Below are positions 24,905 to 37,317 of a stretch of 64,000 bases of DNA, piece by piece. How positions within the stretch are numbered: position 1 is the stretch's first letter; each line of letters starts with the position of its first letter. The position numbers and the translations under genes were made by a program. The notes beneath the pieces were generated by a model that made no database searches, was not told where the DNA came from, and was given only the letters and a program-made list of their open reading frames with translations. Origin of the DNA: Pristiophorus japonicus (lineage: Eukaryota); contig NW_027254520.1 of the NCBI RefSeq assembly GCF_044704955.1, positions 2,728,001 through 2,792,000 on the forward strand, given 5' to 3'.

Positions 24905-25013
24905 GAAATAAAGGGAGAGGGTGAGAGAGAAATTAAATGCAGGAGGGAGAACCGAAAAGCTTGTTGATTGGTTGACGGTAGTGTGAATGTTGCGAGCAGC
25001 CTGTGGTGGCAGC

Positions 25014-25135
25014 AAATGCCTATTGCACCTAGCATTCCCAGGCGGTCTCCAATCCAAATACGAATCAGGCCTGACTCTGCGTAGGTTCCGAGATCAGATG
25101 AGATCGGGCGTTTTCAGACTAGTGTGGCCATCGGC
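25014..25135 (-). rRNA. 5S rRNA-like copy, full length
   Basis: Reverse complement GCCGATGGCCACACTAGTCTGAAAACGCCCGATCTCATCTGATCTCGGAACCTACGCAGAGTCAGGCCTGATTCGTATTTGGATTGGAGACCGCCTGGGAATGCTAGGTGCAATAGGCATTT; shares diagnostic changes with the 19653 copy. Confidence 0.85.
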
Positions 25136-25963
25136 ATCAGCACATAGGCTTTCTCTTTACTTAAACGGACATACAGCTGGTCTTCATTTCTTTTCTCATT
25201 CTATACATTCAAACAAGGAGTCAGCACTCAACTTACATTTCACCATTTTCCTGCCGCCACACACTCCTCTTGCTGCTCTGCCTCCAACGCAAACAAACTA
25301 CAAGCCCTATCCCCTTCATTGCCATGCCTCAAGCTTCAAAACTACCTGACTTGCACCATTCCCTCCCTTACCCCCAAATCTTTCACTTACTCACCCGGAA
25401 ATCTCATGCTCGCCAACGTCGAATCGCTCTTCCCCAAAATCTCCCCATCCCCAAATCTGAACTCACCCCAAAAAAGCTTCCAACGCAACCAAATCGCCAG
25501 CATTGTTTCAATTGCAATCCTACCCATTTTTAAGCCATGACTTTCTTGTAGCCACATTTCAGGACCCCATGTGGCAAGTGACGTTGCAACTCGTCAATCT
25601 GATTTGTAACACTCCTCACATTAACACACATGCATTCCACCAGCCTGCTGGTTGCCTTTGCTTTTTTCCTGCAATGAATTGCACTATTCTTTGTTCTGTT
25701 GCTGTTTGTCGCTCCAAGGTTTCGATGCACCTTGTCTTGGCTCTCTGCTGCTGCATCCTGGTGCCCCTCCGCCGGCGCGTGGATTTGTGCTGCTACCGTT
25801 TGATGTTCTGCCTTCTTTCACACCCTGCGTAGACCCCCTAGCAGAAGGAGAATGTGCAGGAAAGAAATGGTGAAAGGAAAGTGAGAGAGAAAGCAGCAAA
25901 AAGGTTTTTGATGGATTAACGGCAGTGTGTTTGCAGAAACAAGAGCGGCCTGTGGCGCCAACG

Positions 25964-26075
25964 AAAGCATACTGCACCTGCTATTTCCACGCGCTCTCCC
26001 ATCCAAATAATAACCAGGCCTGACTTTGCTCAGTTTCTAAGATCAAAGTTTTCAGACTAATCTGGCCACAGTCAT
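25964..26075 (-). pseudogene. 5S rRNA pseudogene
   Basis: Reverse complement GTCAGGCCTGGTTATTATTTGGATGGGAGAGCG...AGCAGGTGCAGTATGCTTT. Confidence 0.78.
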
Positions 26076-26274
26076 CAAGACGTTTGCTTTTTCATTACTT
26101 TAAATAATATGCGGCTGTTCTTCATTACTTTTTCTCATTCTATGCATTCATAAAGTAATCATGACTCAATTTATGGCGAGGGTGAGAGAGAAATAGAATG
26201 AAGGGGTGAGAAGCTAACTGTGTGTTTATTGGTTGAAGCCAGTGTGAATATTGTGAGCAGACTGTACTGGCAGT

Positions 26275-26385
26275 AAAAGTCTACAGCACCTGGTATTCAC
26301 TGTCGGTCTCAGTTCCAAATAGTTACCAGTTTTTAGGCTGCCTCGCCTCCGAGAATAGACTTTTTCAGACTGGCATGGCAGCAGT
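26275..26385 (-). pseudogene. 5S rRNA pseudogene, mirror partner of the 11534 copy
   Basis: Reverse complement GCCATGCCAGTCTGAAAAAGTCTATTCTCGGAGGCGAGGCAG...GAATACCAGGTGCTGTAGACTTTT; shares the CTCGGAGGCGAGGCAG variant with 11534. Confidence 0.78.
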
Positions 26386-26479
26386 GATATAGCAGCTGCT
26401 TCTCACTTTACTCAAAGAGCGACACACAGCAACTGATTGATTTCTGTCAGCTCAAACATGAATGCTATCAAACATTCGA

Positions 26480-27947
26480 ATAGAAACAATGAAACATAGA
26501 AATATAGAAAATAGGTGCAGAAGGAGGGCATTCGGCCCTTCGAGCCTGCACCATCATTCAATAAGAGCATGGATGATCATTCAGTCAGTACCCTTTCCTG
26601 CCTTCTCTACATACCCCTTTATCCCTTTAGCCGTAAGTGCCATATCTAACTCCCTCTTGACTATATCCAATGAAATCTAACTCCCTCTTGAATATATCCA
26701 ATGAATTGGCTGCAACAACTCTCTGGTGAAGGGAATGACACAGGTTAACACTGTCTTAGTGAAGACGTTTCTCTATAATCTCAGTCCGATTCGTTATCCT
26801 TAGAAGATGTACCCTGCTTCAGGACTTCACCAACATCGGGAGCATTGTTCCTGCATCTAACCTGTCCAGTCCCGTCAGTATTTTCTATGTTTCTGTGAGA
26901 TGCCCTGTCATCCTTCTAAACTGCAGTGAATACATGCACAGTCGATCCAGTCTCTCCTCCTCTGTCAGTCCTGACATCCCGGGAATCAGTCTGGTGAACC
27001 TGCGCTGCACTCCCTCAATAGCAAGAACGTCCTTTCTCAGACTGGGAGACCAAAACAGAACACAATATTCCAATTGAAGCCTTACTAAGGCCCTGTACAA
27101 CTGCATTAAGTTCTCGCTGCTCCTATACTCAAATCCCTCAGCAATGAACGCCAACATACCACTTGTCTTCTTCACCACCTGCATGCCAACTTGCAATGGC
27201 TGATGAAACATGTCACCCAGGTCTCGCTGCACCTATGCTTTTCCTAATATGCCGCCATTCAGATAACATTCTGCCTTCGGGTTTTTACCATCAAAGTGGA
27301 TAATCTCACATTTATCCACATTATACTGCAACTGCCAAGCGTTTGCCCATTCACCAAACCGGTCCAATTCATCCTGCAGCCTTTTAGCGTCATCCTCACA
27401 GCTCGCACTGCCATCCAGCTAAGTGTCATTTGCAAACCTTGAGATATTACACTCAATTCCATCATCCAAAATCATAAATGTATAATTTAAATAGTCGGGG
27501 TCCCAGCATTGAGCCCTGCAGTACCGCACTGGTCACGGCCTGCCAATCTGAAAAAGGACCCGTTAATCCCAAAACTCTCCTTCCTGCCTGCAAACCAGCT
27601 CTCTATCCACGCCAATACATTAACCACAATAACATGTGCTTTAATTTTGCACATCGATCTCTTGTGTGGGACCCTGTCAAAAGCTTTTTGAAAGTCCAAA
27701 TACACCGCATCCTCTGGTTCTCCCTTGTCCACTCTACCAGTTCCATCCTCAAAAATTTCGAGAAGATTTGTGAAGCAGGATTTCCCTTTCATGAATCCAT
27801 GCTGACGTGGACCGATCCCATCATTTCTTTCCAAATGTGCTGCTGTTTAATACTTAATAATTGATTCCAACATTTTCCCCTCTGCTGATTTCAGGCTGAA
27901 CGGTCTATATTTACCCGTTTTCTCTCAACCTCTTTCTTAAAAGTGGT
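26480..27947 (-). mobile_element. CR1 LINE, 5'-truncated (mirror of 10017-11432)
   Basis: [44 protein letters not shown]; same 5' truncation junction as the left-arm copy. Confidence 0.92.
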
Positions 27948-29204
27948 CAATTATATCTTCAAAAGGGAGTTGGATATGGATCTGAAGGGAACAAAATCCA
28001 CGTCGGCGGGCAAATGACAGGAGACTGAGTCTAGTTGATAGCTGGCATGGGTTCGACTGCCGAATGGTCTTCTTCCATGCTGTAACCATTTCATTATACT
28101 GTGATTATATCAGTTAGTGGCACATTTAATAGTGTGGATGGAAGCAGAATATTCCAAACGGACGTGGATTGTGTCCGCACAACTTGAGGCATCCGATTCA
28201 GAAGATTCCGGTGCGCGAAAATCGGGATTAATGACTATAAAAGCATAATTCTTGTTTGTGATGTTTCGGGCGGAGAAATATGTGGGAAAGGAATTTTCTG
28301 CTGGAAAGGACTCATCATTTAATCTTATTTGTGGCTGTTGATGTCACATTTGTTGTCGATGTACTTCTTCCAGAATGTATATATTCGTTGCTGTTTCAAA
28401 TAAACATTCCCTTGCTCGACAGTCTATCTCGCTGTTTCCCCAGCCCCAACTACATGTTACCATCAATGTACATGATGAAGCAGACCACTAAAGCACAGTA
28501 TCTAAACTGGTTTATGGTTTAATTGGTAAATTCCAGAACACAAGCAAATCATTCAATTAACGACTTTCCTTCAGTTAAAATTTCTATAGTTTTGCAAATG
28601 AAGATCATCAGTTAATTAATGAAGTTTTCCCGTGAAAGCAGGATAACATTTAACGATTATACATTTTCAATAGCGTGTATGGAAGCAGAATATTGCAAAG
28701 GGACATGGATTGAGTCGGCACAACCAGGGGCATCTACTTCAGAAGATTCGGGTGCGCAAAATGTCGGGTTTAATGTGTTTAAATGCATCATTGTTGTTTT
28801 GTGAAATTTCGGTCAGAGAAATGTTTGGGAAAGGGATTTTTTGCTGAAAGGGACTCAGAATTCAATCTTCTTTCAGGATGTTGTGGCCACATTTCTTTTA
28901 TATGTAATTCTTCCAGAATGTATATTTTCTTTGCTGTTTCACAATAACCAGTCCCTTGCTTTACATCTATCTCACTGCTTCCCCAGTCTTATATACATGT
29001 TACCACAACGAACATTTCGAAGCAAACCACTAAAGCACAGTTTTTATTGTTTAAGAGGTATATAGCAGTGCACAGACAAATTATTCAATTGAGGACACTC
29101 CTTCAGTTAACACTTCTTTAGTTGTGCAAATGAAGATCATCAGTTGATTAATGATGTTTTCCCGTGAAAGCAGGAAAACATTTAACTATTCTACATTTTC
29201 TAAA

Positions 29205-30475
29205 TTTTGAAAGGCACTGGTTAATCAGGACAGTCAGCAAGACTTGTTAAGGAAGTGTCGCGTTTGTCTAACTTGATTGCATTTTTGGAGGAAGTCATCA
29301 GGTGATTCGATGAAGTAGTGCGTATGATGTAGTGTATATGGAATTTATTAATGCTTTCGTTATGGTCCCACATGGAAGACTGGTGATGAAATTAAAAGCC
29401 CATGGGATCCAGGGCGAAGTGGCAAATTCGATCCAAATTTGGCTCAGACGCAGGAAGCAAAGGGTAATGTTTGATGGGTGTTTTTATAATGGAATCATAT
29501 TTCAAGTGTGGTTCCGCAGTTTTCAGTGCTAGGTCCAATGCATTTTATGGTATTTATCAATGATCTAAACATGGATATATGTGTTATGATTAAGACGTGT
29601 TCAGGTTATGGTAAAATAGGCAGTGTGGTTGAAAACGGAGACGAAACCTGGAGAATGCATGCAGATATCAATCAACTGGTAAGCTGGGCAGAACAGTGGG
29701 AAATGGAATTTAACACAGAGACGTGTGAGATCGTGCGTTTGTGGATGGGTAACAACGAAAGGGAATACACATCAACTGGTAGGACATTGAGAAATATAGA
29801 TAACAAAGAGAACTGGGATTGCAGTTAGCTGGCCAGTTGGATAAGGTGGTTAAGAAGCCAAACGGAATGGATGCATTTACTGCCAAGGCAAGGAACAGAA
29901 CAGCAAGTGGGGTATGTAAGAACTGTATAAAATTCTGGTTCGGCAATAGCTGGAGTACTGGGAGTACGGCGTGCAGTTCTAGTCACCTTGTTGAGGGAAG
30001 GATGTGATTGCGCTGGAGAGGGTACAGAGGAGATTTACATAGATGCTGCCGGGCGTGGAGCAACATTGCTATGAGGACAGGATTGGATCGTTGGGTTTCT
30101 TTTCCTTGGCACAGAGGAGGCTGATGTGCGACAGGTAAGTTGTTTAAAATTAGGATGGGGCCTAGTTATTTGTAATTAAAAGAGCCTATTTCCCATTTTA
30201 GAGGGGTCAACAACCAGGGGGTATAAATTAATAGTAATTAGTATAAGGGTTAAAGGAGATTTGAAAGGAACATTCTTCATCCAGATGTTTCTGGAGGTCT
30301 GGGACTCACTGCCTGAAAGATTGGTGGAGGCAGAAACCCTCACCACATTTAAAACGTTCTTGGATGTTCACTTGAAATATTGTAAAGTGCAGGGTTACAC
30401 ACCTGAAACTGGACATTTGGTGCAGATACTATGTGCCGAAAAGGACTCCTTCCAAGCTGTAAACTTCTATGATTA
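29205..30475 (+). mobile_element. CR1 LINE 3' fragment
   Basis: MVPHGRLVMKLKAHGIQG, PQFSVLGPMHFMVFINDL, VWDSLPERLVEAETLTTFK. Confidence 0.87.
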
Positions 30476-30556
30476 TATAATTATCATTTAGCATTATTTC
30501 ATGATACAAAACGAGACGATCAGCTAATTAATGGTGTTTCCAGTGAAAAAATGTTC

Positions 30557-30604
30557 GTGCATGCTGGGCTCGAACTCAGAAACCTGAGGTTAAAAGTTTT
30601 ATGC
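30557..30604 (-). pseudogene. tRNA-Lys 3' relic
   Basis: Reverse complement CATAAAACTTTTAACCTCAGGTTTCTGAGTTCGAGCCCAGC. Confidence 0.55.
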
Positions 30605-31090
30605 GGCTACTGTTCCGTGTACGGGGAGGTTTTAACTCGAATGGTTGCGTTTTGTAGCCCAGTGAAGGGCGGTAAACCACTGTTGATGCTGCATTCGCCG
30701 CTTTCCGCCTGCAGAGGGTGATTGGCGAGTGCGGGACCAGAATGTTGTGGCTTGTCACACACTCACTCACTCTGGAGCTGTGGAAGAGCGATTCTTCGAT
30801 GGGTTTGTTTGTGGCTTTGATTTTCGATGCGGAGCGGCAGAATCCTTTAATAATCTCTCACAGCTGAAATGAATGCATGGAATGTGCATCTTTGAGATGA
30901 GGTTTCTCCACCGTCAGGGCTGCAAACTGGAGGGAGTGAGAAACACTGTGTCGAGCTTGAGTATGTACTTAACTGTGCAGAGAAATCAGCAAATGCAACA
31001 GTGTCATGAGACACTGCATTCTGTTAATATTGAACCACGAATATGAATTATTCAATTTGTGACAATCATGAATGGAACACGTTTGCAAAA

Positions 31091-31163
31091 TGTTTCCGCC
31101 TGGTTTCGAACCGGGAACCTTTCGCGTGATAGGTGATAGTGATAACCACTACACTACAGTAAC
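31091..31163 (-). tRNA. tRNA-Val-derived pseudogene (anticodon changed to ATC, stem broken)
   Basis: Reverse complement GTTACTGTAGTGTAGTGGTTATCACTATCACCTATCACGCGAAAGGTTCCCGGTTCGAAACCAGGCGGAAACA then TTTT; A- and B-boxes intact. Confidence 0.82.
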
Positions 31164-32114
31164 GCTGTGGTAGCATCATTTTTGGGAACATAACCAGAGC
31201 TTTAAGCTCAACAGCTGGCCGACACTTTCGGAGCTCCCGGAATAAGAATAGAGTTACGGTGCTTTATTTCGCAAGGTTTTGAGTGTGGCAGGAATTGATC
31301 CTGTGTTTCTCAGTTTTATACAAAGTAACAAGAGTAGGCATTCCTCAGGAAGTGGTTAGAATCTGGAATACACTCCTTAAAAGGGCGTTGGGGGCAGACT
31401 CAATCTTATCTTTGAAAACGGAGTTGGATAAGTATCCGAAGGAATAAAATTGCACAGCTGTGGGTAAATAACGGGGGTGTGGGACGAGTTGAGAGTTGGC
31501 ATGGCCTCGACGGGCCGAGTGGCCTTTTTCCGTGCTGCTCTTATTCTGTGATTCTATAAGTTAGTGGCACAGTTAATAATGTGCATGGAAGTTGAATATT
31601 GCAAAGGGAAATGGATTGAGTTGGCACCACAAGAGGCATCTGATTCAGAAGATTCGGGCGCGCGAAAAGTCGGGTTGAATGACTTTAAAAGCATCATTTT
31701 TGTTTTGTGAATTTTTGGTCAGAGAAATGTTTGGGGAAGGAATTTTTTGCTGAAAGGGACTCAGCATTTAATCTTCCTTCTGGATGTTGTCGTCATATTG
31801 CTTCTCGAAGTTATTCTTCTAGAATGTAAATTTTTTTTGCTGTTTCACAATAACCAGTCACTTGCTCTACAGTCATTCTCACTGTATCCCCAGTCTCATG
31901 TATTGTTAACAGAAATGAACATTTTGAAGCAGACCACGAAAGCACAGTGTCTAAAATGGTTTATGGGTTAAATTGCAGAGCACACAGAAATTATTTTATT
32001 GAGGCCTCTCCTTCAGTTAACACATCTTTAGTTGTGCAAATGAAGGTCATCAGTTAATTAATGATGTTTTTCCCGTGAAAGCAGGATAGCATTTAACGAT
32101 GATACATTCTCTAC

Positions 32115-33400
32115 ATTTCGAAAGGCAATGGTTAATCAGGACAGTCCGCAGGATTTGTTAAGGTATGGTCGCGTTTGACTAACTTGAATGCATTTTTGGA
32201 GGAGGTCACCAGGATGGTCGATCAGTAGTGCATACGATGTAGTCTATATGGATTTCATTAATGCTATCGCTAAGGTCGCACATGGCAGAATGGTGATGAA
32301 TGTAAAATCCCATGGGATCCAGGGCGCAGTGACAAATTGGAATCAAAATTGGTTCAGATGCAGGAAGCAAAGCTTAATGTTTAATGGTTGTTTTTTTGCC
32401 TGGAAGGATATTTTCATCGTGTTCCGCAGTTTTCACTGCTGGGTCCATTGCTTTTTGTGGTTTTTTCAATGATCTAAACTTGAATATAGGGGTTATAATT
32501 AAGAAGTTTTCAGGTGAATGTAAAATAGGCAGTGTGCGTGATGATGAAGAAGAAATCTGGAGACTGCAGTAAGATAACAATCAACTGGTAAGTTGGGCAG
32601 AACAGTGGAAAATTGAATTTAATCCAGAGAGGTGTGAGATTGTGCATTTGTGGAGGGTTAACAACGAACGGGAATACACATCGACTGTAGAACATTGAGA
32701 ACTGTAGAGGAGCAAAGGCAACTGTCAATGCATGTCCACAGATCGCAGAAAGTAGCTGGCTATTTGGATAAGTTTGATTAAGAAGGCAGACCGAATGGTT
32801 GCATTTACTAGCAAAGTCATGGAATCGAAGAGCAAGTGGATTATGTCCGAAAAGTGCAACATTCTTGTTAGCCTACAGCTGGAGTACTGCGTGCAATTCT
32901 GGTCACCGTATTGAAGGAAGAACGTGATTGCGCTGAAGAGGGTATGGAGGAGGTTTATGTAGAATGTTGCCGGGAATGGAGCCACTTTACTATGAGGAGA
33001 TTGGATAGGCTGGGTTTGGTTTCATTGGAACAGAGGAGGCTGATGGGCGACAGCATTGTATTCTTTAAAATTATGAGGGGCCTAAAAATTGTTGATTAAA
33101 AGGGCCTACTTGCCATAGGAGAGTGGTCAACAACCAGGAGGCATAAATTAAAAGTAATTAGTATAAGTGTTAAAGGAGATTTGAAGGGAACATTCTTCAT
33201 GCAGATGTTTGTCGGGGTCTGGAACTCACTGTCTGAAAGTGTGGTGGCGGGAGAAACCTTCACCACATTAATAAAGTACTTGGATGTGCACTTGAAATGC
33301 CGTAAAGTGCAGGGTTACACTCCTAAAACTTGACATTTGTTCGCCGGTGCAGATACGATGGGCCGAAATGCTCTCCGTCCATGGTGTAATCTTCTATGAT
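32115..33400 (+). mobile_element. CR1 LINE 3' fragment
   Basis: DVVYMDFINAIAKVAHGRMVMNVKSHGIQG, RLDRLGLVSLEQRRLMGD. Confidence 0.87.
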
Positions 33401-33484
33401 TTTATAATTATAGGTTAGCATTACTTTCATGATGCAAAACGAGGCGATCAGCTAATAAATAGTGTTTTCAGTGATAACATATTC

Positions 33485-33533
33485 GTGTAAGCTGTGGCTC
33501 AAACTCAGGAACCTGAGATTAAGAGTCTTATGA
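33485..33533 (-). pseudogene. tRNA-Lys(CTT) 3' relic
   Basis: Reverse complement CATAAGACTCTTAATCTCAGGTTCCTGAGTTTGAGCCACAGCTT, close to tRNA-Lys(CTT) CATGAGACTCTTAATCTCAGG. Confidence 0.65.
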
Positions 33534-34021
33534 GGCTACTGTTCGGTGTATGGGAAGCTTTAGCTCGAACCGTGGCATGTTATAGCTCAGTGATGGGCGG
33601 GAAACCAGTGTTGATGCTGCATTCGTCGCTTTCCGCCGGCAGCGGCTGACTGGAGATACGGGACCGGAATGTTGGGGCGTATCCCGCCCTCACTCACTGT
33701 GGAGCAGGGGAAGAGCGATTAGTCGATGGGTTTGATTGTGGCTTTGATTTTCTGTTGTGAAGCGAGCAGGTGCGACTGGATCCTTTAAAAATCTCTCACA
33801 GCTGAACTGAAGGCAGGGAATGTGCAATTTTGAGATGGGGTTTCTCAACCGTCAGGACTGAAAACGCTAGGGAGTGAGAAATACTTTGTAGAGATTCAGT
33901 GTGTACAGAATTGTACAGAGAAATCAACAAATGCAACAACGTCATGAGACACTGCACTCTGTTAACAATATATATGAATTATTCAATTTGTTCTAATCAT
34001 TAATTGAACACGTTTGCAAAA

Positions 34022-34094
34022 TGTTTCCGCTTGGTTTCACATCAGGGATTTTTCGCGTGTTAGGCAAACGTGATAACCACTACACTACGGAAAC
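34022..34094 (-). tRNA. tRNA-Val(AAC)-like pseudogene
   Basis: Reverse complement GTTTCCGTAGTGTAGTGGTTATCACGTTTGCCTAACACGCGAAAAATCCCTGATGTGAAACCAAGCGGAAACA; 5' half near canonical, B-box/T-loop mutated. Confidence 0.85.
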
Positions 34095-34748
34095 GCTGTG
34101 GCAAAAGCCTTCTTGGGAACATAAATAGAGCTTTAACCTCAACAGCTGGACTACACTCCAGGAGCTTGCGTTCCAAGAATAGAATGATGGTGCTTTATTT
34201 AACAAGGTTGTGACTGCAGCAGCAATTGATCCTGTGTTTCTCAGACTTTACAGAAAGGAACTGAAGGAGGTAATTTCGCAGCAAGCAGTTAGAATCTGAA
34301 ATACAATGTTTTAAAGGTGGTGGAGGCAGATTTAATCTTATCTTTCAAAAGGCAGTTGGATAAGGATCTGAAGGAATAAAAATGCACATCTGCGGGTAAA
34401 TGACGGGGGAGTGGCAACAGTTGAGAGTTGGCATGTGCTCGATGGGCCGAATGGCCTTCTTCGATGCTGTAACCATTCCATTATTCTGTGATTATATAAG
34501 TTAGTGGCACATTTAATAGTGTGCATGGAAGCACAATATTGCAAAGGGACATGTATTGAGTTGGCACCACGAGAGGCATTTGATTCAGAAGATTCGGCTG
34601 CGTGAAAATTCGGGTTTTAGTACGATGAAAGCAACATTTTTTTGGGGGAAGTTTCGGTCAGAGAAATGTTTGTGGAAGGAATTTTTGGCAGAAAGGGAAT
34701 CAGCATTTCATCTTCTTTCGGGCTTTCGGCGTCACATTTCTTTTCCAA

Positions 34749-34940
34749 GTTATTGTGTTCCTAACACAGATGAGACTGCACACAGGGAGCTTAAAGTAAC
34801 AGTGATCTCAGGCTTTATTAAGACACTCTAGAGTGAGGAACAGGCCTTCGGGACCAAGGGATGATGGGATCACTGGGTCTTCAGGGGATGCAATCCCTGG
34901 TGTCGGAACATGGAAGTGCATACTTTATCGATACACAGCA
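34749..34940 (-). mobile_element. Gypsy 3' LTR (mirror of 3605-3816)
   Basis: Reverse-complement match with an internal deletion; PPT adjacent at ~34945. Confidence 0.75.
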
Positions 34941-35845
34941 TCACTTCCCCGAAGTCAAAGGGAAATATATTTAGAAGGTGAGGCGGTCGGGAGACTTTCT
35001 TTCTCTGGTTCACCGCCTCGGTATAAAGGTCTGTTCTGTTGTGTTGGCTGTGCCTTCGCTCTGTTGGAATGTTGTTGGCCCTGCAGGGCTGCTGGATGAG
35101 GCTGGCTTACCTGGGATGTTGGGCGTGATGGGTTCGATTTTATAGTCCGGGGTGGTGTCATTGATCCTTTCGTTGTGTGTTGTGGGCTCGAAAAAGGTGC
35201 TGTCTGCTGTGGGTTGTTCAGGGCAGTCTGTGCACCGCAGGCTCGTTTGGTCCAGGTGATTTCTGCAATTTTTCCATTGTCTCGGTTGACTACAAACTCC
35301 CTACTCCCTTCATTAAATATCAACGTGCCTGCGGTCCACTTGGGACCATGTCCATAGTTTAGCACATACACAGAGTGATTCAGAACTATTTCCCGTGACA
35401 CAGTGGCGCGATCATCGCTTACATTTTGTTGCTGCCGCCTGCTCTGTACCTGATCATGCAGTTTGGGGTGAACTAACGAGAGTCTCGATTTAAGTATCCT
35501 TTTCATGCGTAGCTCAGCCGGGGGCACCCCTGTGTGCGAGTGTGTCTCGTGCCATAGCTGAGCAGTACTCGGAACAGGTACGTTTGGAGTGAGGCTTGTG
35601 TGACTCGTTTAAGGCTCTGTTGGATTGTTTGTTCTAGCCGCTCTGCCTGCCCATTGTCGGCTGGTTTAAGCGGGTCCGACGTGACATGTTTGATCTCATT
35701 TCAGGTCATGAATTCTTTAAATTCGGTTCTGGTGAAACATGGCCCGTTGTAAGTGACCAGTATGTCAGGCAGTCCGTGGGTGGCAAACATGACCTTCAGG
35801 CTTTCAATGGTGGTGGTGGTGGTGTTTCTCGACATAATTTCACAT
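34941..35845 (-). mobile_element. Ty3/Gypsy integrase fragment (mirror of 2697-3604)
   Basis: PPAELRMKRILKSRLSLVHP...VYVLNYGHGPKWTAG; same junction with the satellite (GAGGCCTGAATGTGAAATTATGTCGA). Confidence 0.9.
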
Positions 35846-36256
35846 TCAGGCCTCACACACGGAGCACAGTGTAGGCAATGTGTGATTGAGTGTGCTATTA
35901 TTCACCCTAATCAGAGGCCTCACATAGGGAGCCCAGCGTAGATAGTGTGTGAGTGATTGTGTTAATATTCACCCTGATCACTTGCCTCACGCAGCGAGTC
36001 CAATGTAGACAGTGTGTGAGTGAGTGTGTTAATATTCACCCTGATCACATGCCTCACACAGGGAGCCCTGTGTAGACAGTGTGTGAGTTAGTGTGTTAAT
36101 ATTCACCCTGATCACAGGCCTCACACAGGGAGCCCAGTGTAGACAGGGTGTGTGTTAGTGTGTTAATATTCACCCTGATCACAAGCCTCATTCATGGAGG
36201 CCAGTGTGGAACGTGTATGAGTGAGTGTTTTAATATTCACTCTGATCACAGGCCTT
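35846..36256 (-). repeat. ~67-bp minisatellite, inverted, ~6 units
   Basis: Reverse complement of the 427-2696 unit. Confidence 0.92.
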
Positions 36257-36485
36257 CTGTTGCCCAGCTCTGGAACTCCCTGCATAAACCTCTCCATCTC
36301 TGCACTTCTCCATCATCCTTCAAGACGCTCCTTAAAATCGACCTCTTTAATGATGCTTTCAGTCACTTGCCCTAATTTTTCCTGATATGTCTCGGTGTCA
36401 AATGTTTTATTTCATCACACAACTGTGAAGCGCCTTGGGATGATTCACTCTGATAAAGGCGCCAAGTAAATACAAGTTATTGTGG
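36257..36485 (+). mobile_element. L2 LINE 3' tail
   Basis: QLWNSLHKPLHLCTSPSSFKTLLKIDLF then TGTGAAGCGCCTTGGGA...TAAAGGCGC...AAATACAAGTT, typical of an L2 3' end. Confidence 0.75.
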
Positions 36486-37144
36486 TTTTGAAATTGGACC
36501 TTCTTGAAATGCACCCTGGAGCTTTATTTGATGTTTATTATGGCGTCATTAACCTACATCGCTGCTTATAGTGATATGTGTATCTGCACCTCTCCGCTCC
36601 TCGACCCCGTTCAGTAAAGGCCACTTGCGCTAATTAATCGCCCGACACAAAATTGTTCATCGAATAATTTGTCCCAACTGGCCATCTCATGAGTCAACTG
36701 TGCGAGTGTAAATGTGTCTCTGGGTAAATGCGTGCCTGGCTAAGTGTAGGTTTATGTGAGTGTGAATGTGTGTATGAGTGGGTGAGTTTGTTTCTGCGTA
36801 AATGTTTGTGAGTGTGTTATTGTGTTTCAGTGTTTCAGTGTGTGCCTGAGTAAGTGTGTGTGTGTGTGTGTGCAAGTATGTGAGTGTGTAATTATGCCTC
36901 TGGATAAGCGTATGTGAGCGTGAGTGTGTAATTGTGTGTGAATGTGTCAGTTTATGACTGACTTAGTATGTGTGTGGGTAAGCATGTATGAGTATGAGTG
37001 TGTTATTGTGTGTGACTTTCTGTCTGGGTAAGTGTGTGTGCATTTGTGTGAGTGTGTATGTGTGCGTCTGGGTAAGTGAGTGTGAGTGTGTTAGTATGCA
37101 TGAGTGTATGTGCATGTGTCTGGGTAAGTGTGTGTGTGGGTAAT

Positions 37145-37317
37145 TGCTGGCTGGTGCAGAACAGTCATCACACGTTAAAAATATTCATGCACATTCATCT
37201 TCATCCTTGAAGATTTTGTTCGGACGTGGAATTTTAGGTGCTTCATTGAAGCACCTGTGAACGTTTTGACGTGGAAGCAATCATCCTCAATTCGAGCGAT
37301 TGCCTATGATGGATGGA
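37145..37317 (+). mobile_element. Short retroposon with an RTE-type 3' tail (probable SINE fragment)
   Basis: Ends GTGGAAGCAATCATCCTCAATTCGAGCGATTGCCTATGATGGATGG, homologous to the RTE end at 16255-16306, but the upstream body differs. Confidence 0.6.

Larger units (their letters stand above)
27948..34748 (-). repeat. Inverted copies of the ~2.9-kb tRNA/CR1 unit
   Basis: tRNA-Val copies start at 34094 and 31163 (period 2931), reverse complement of 3817-10015. Confidence 0.85.

Noticed and set aside
24311-24967. 218-aa plus-strand ORF
   Set aside because: Antisense shadow of the CR1 ORF2 endonuclease region.
31091-31163. Novel tRNA with an ATC anticodon on a Val body
   Set aside because: The anticodon stem and acceptor stem are also mutated; random decay is a simpler explanation than anticodon reassignment.
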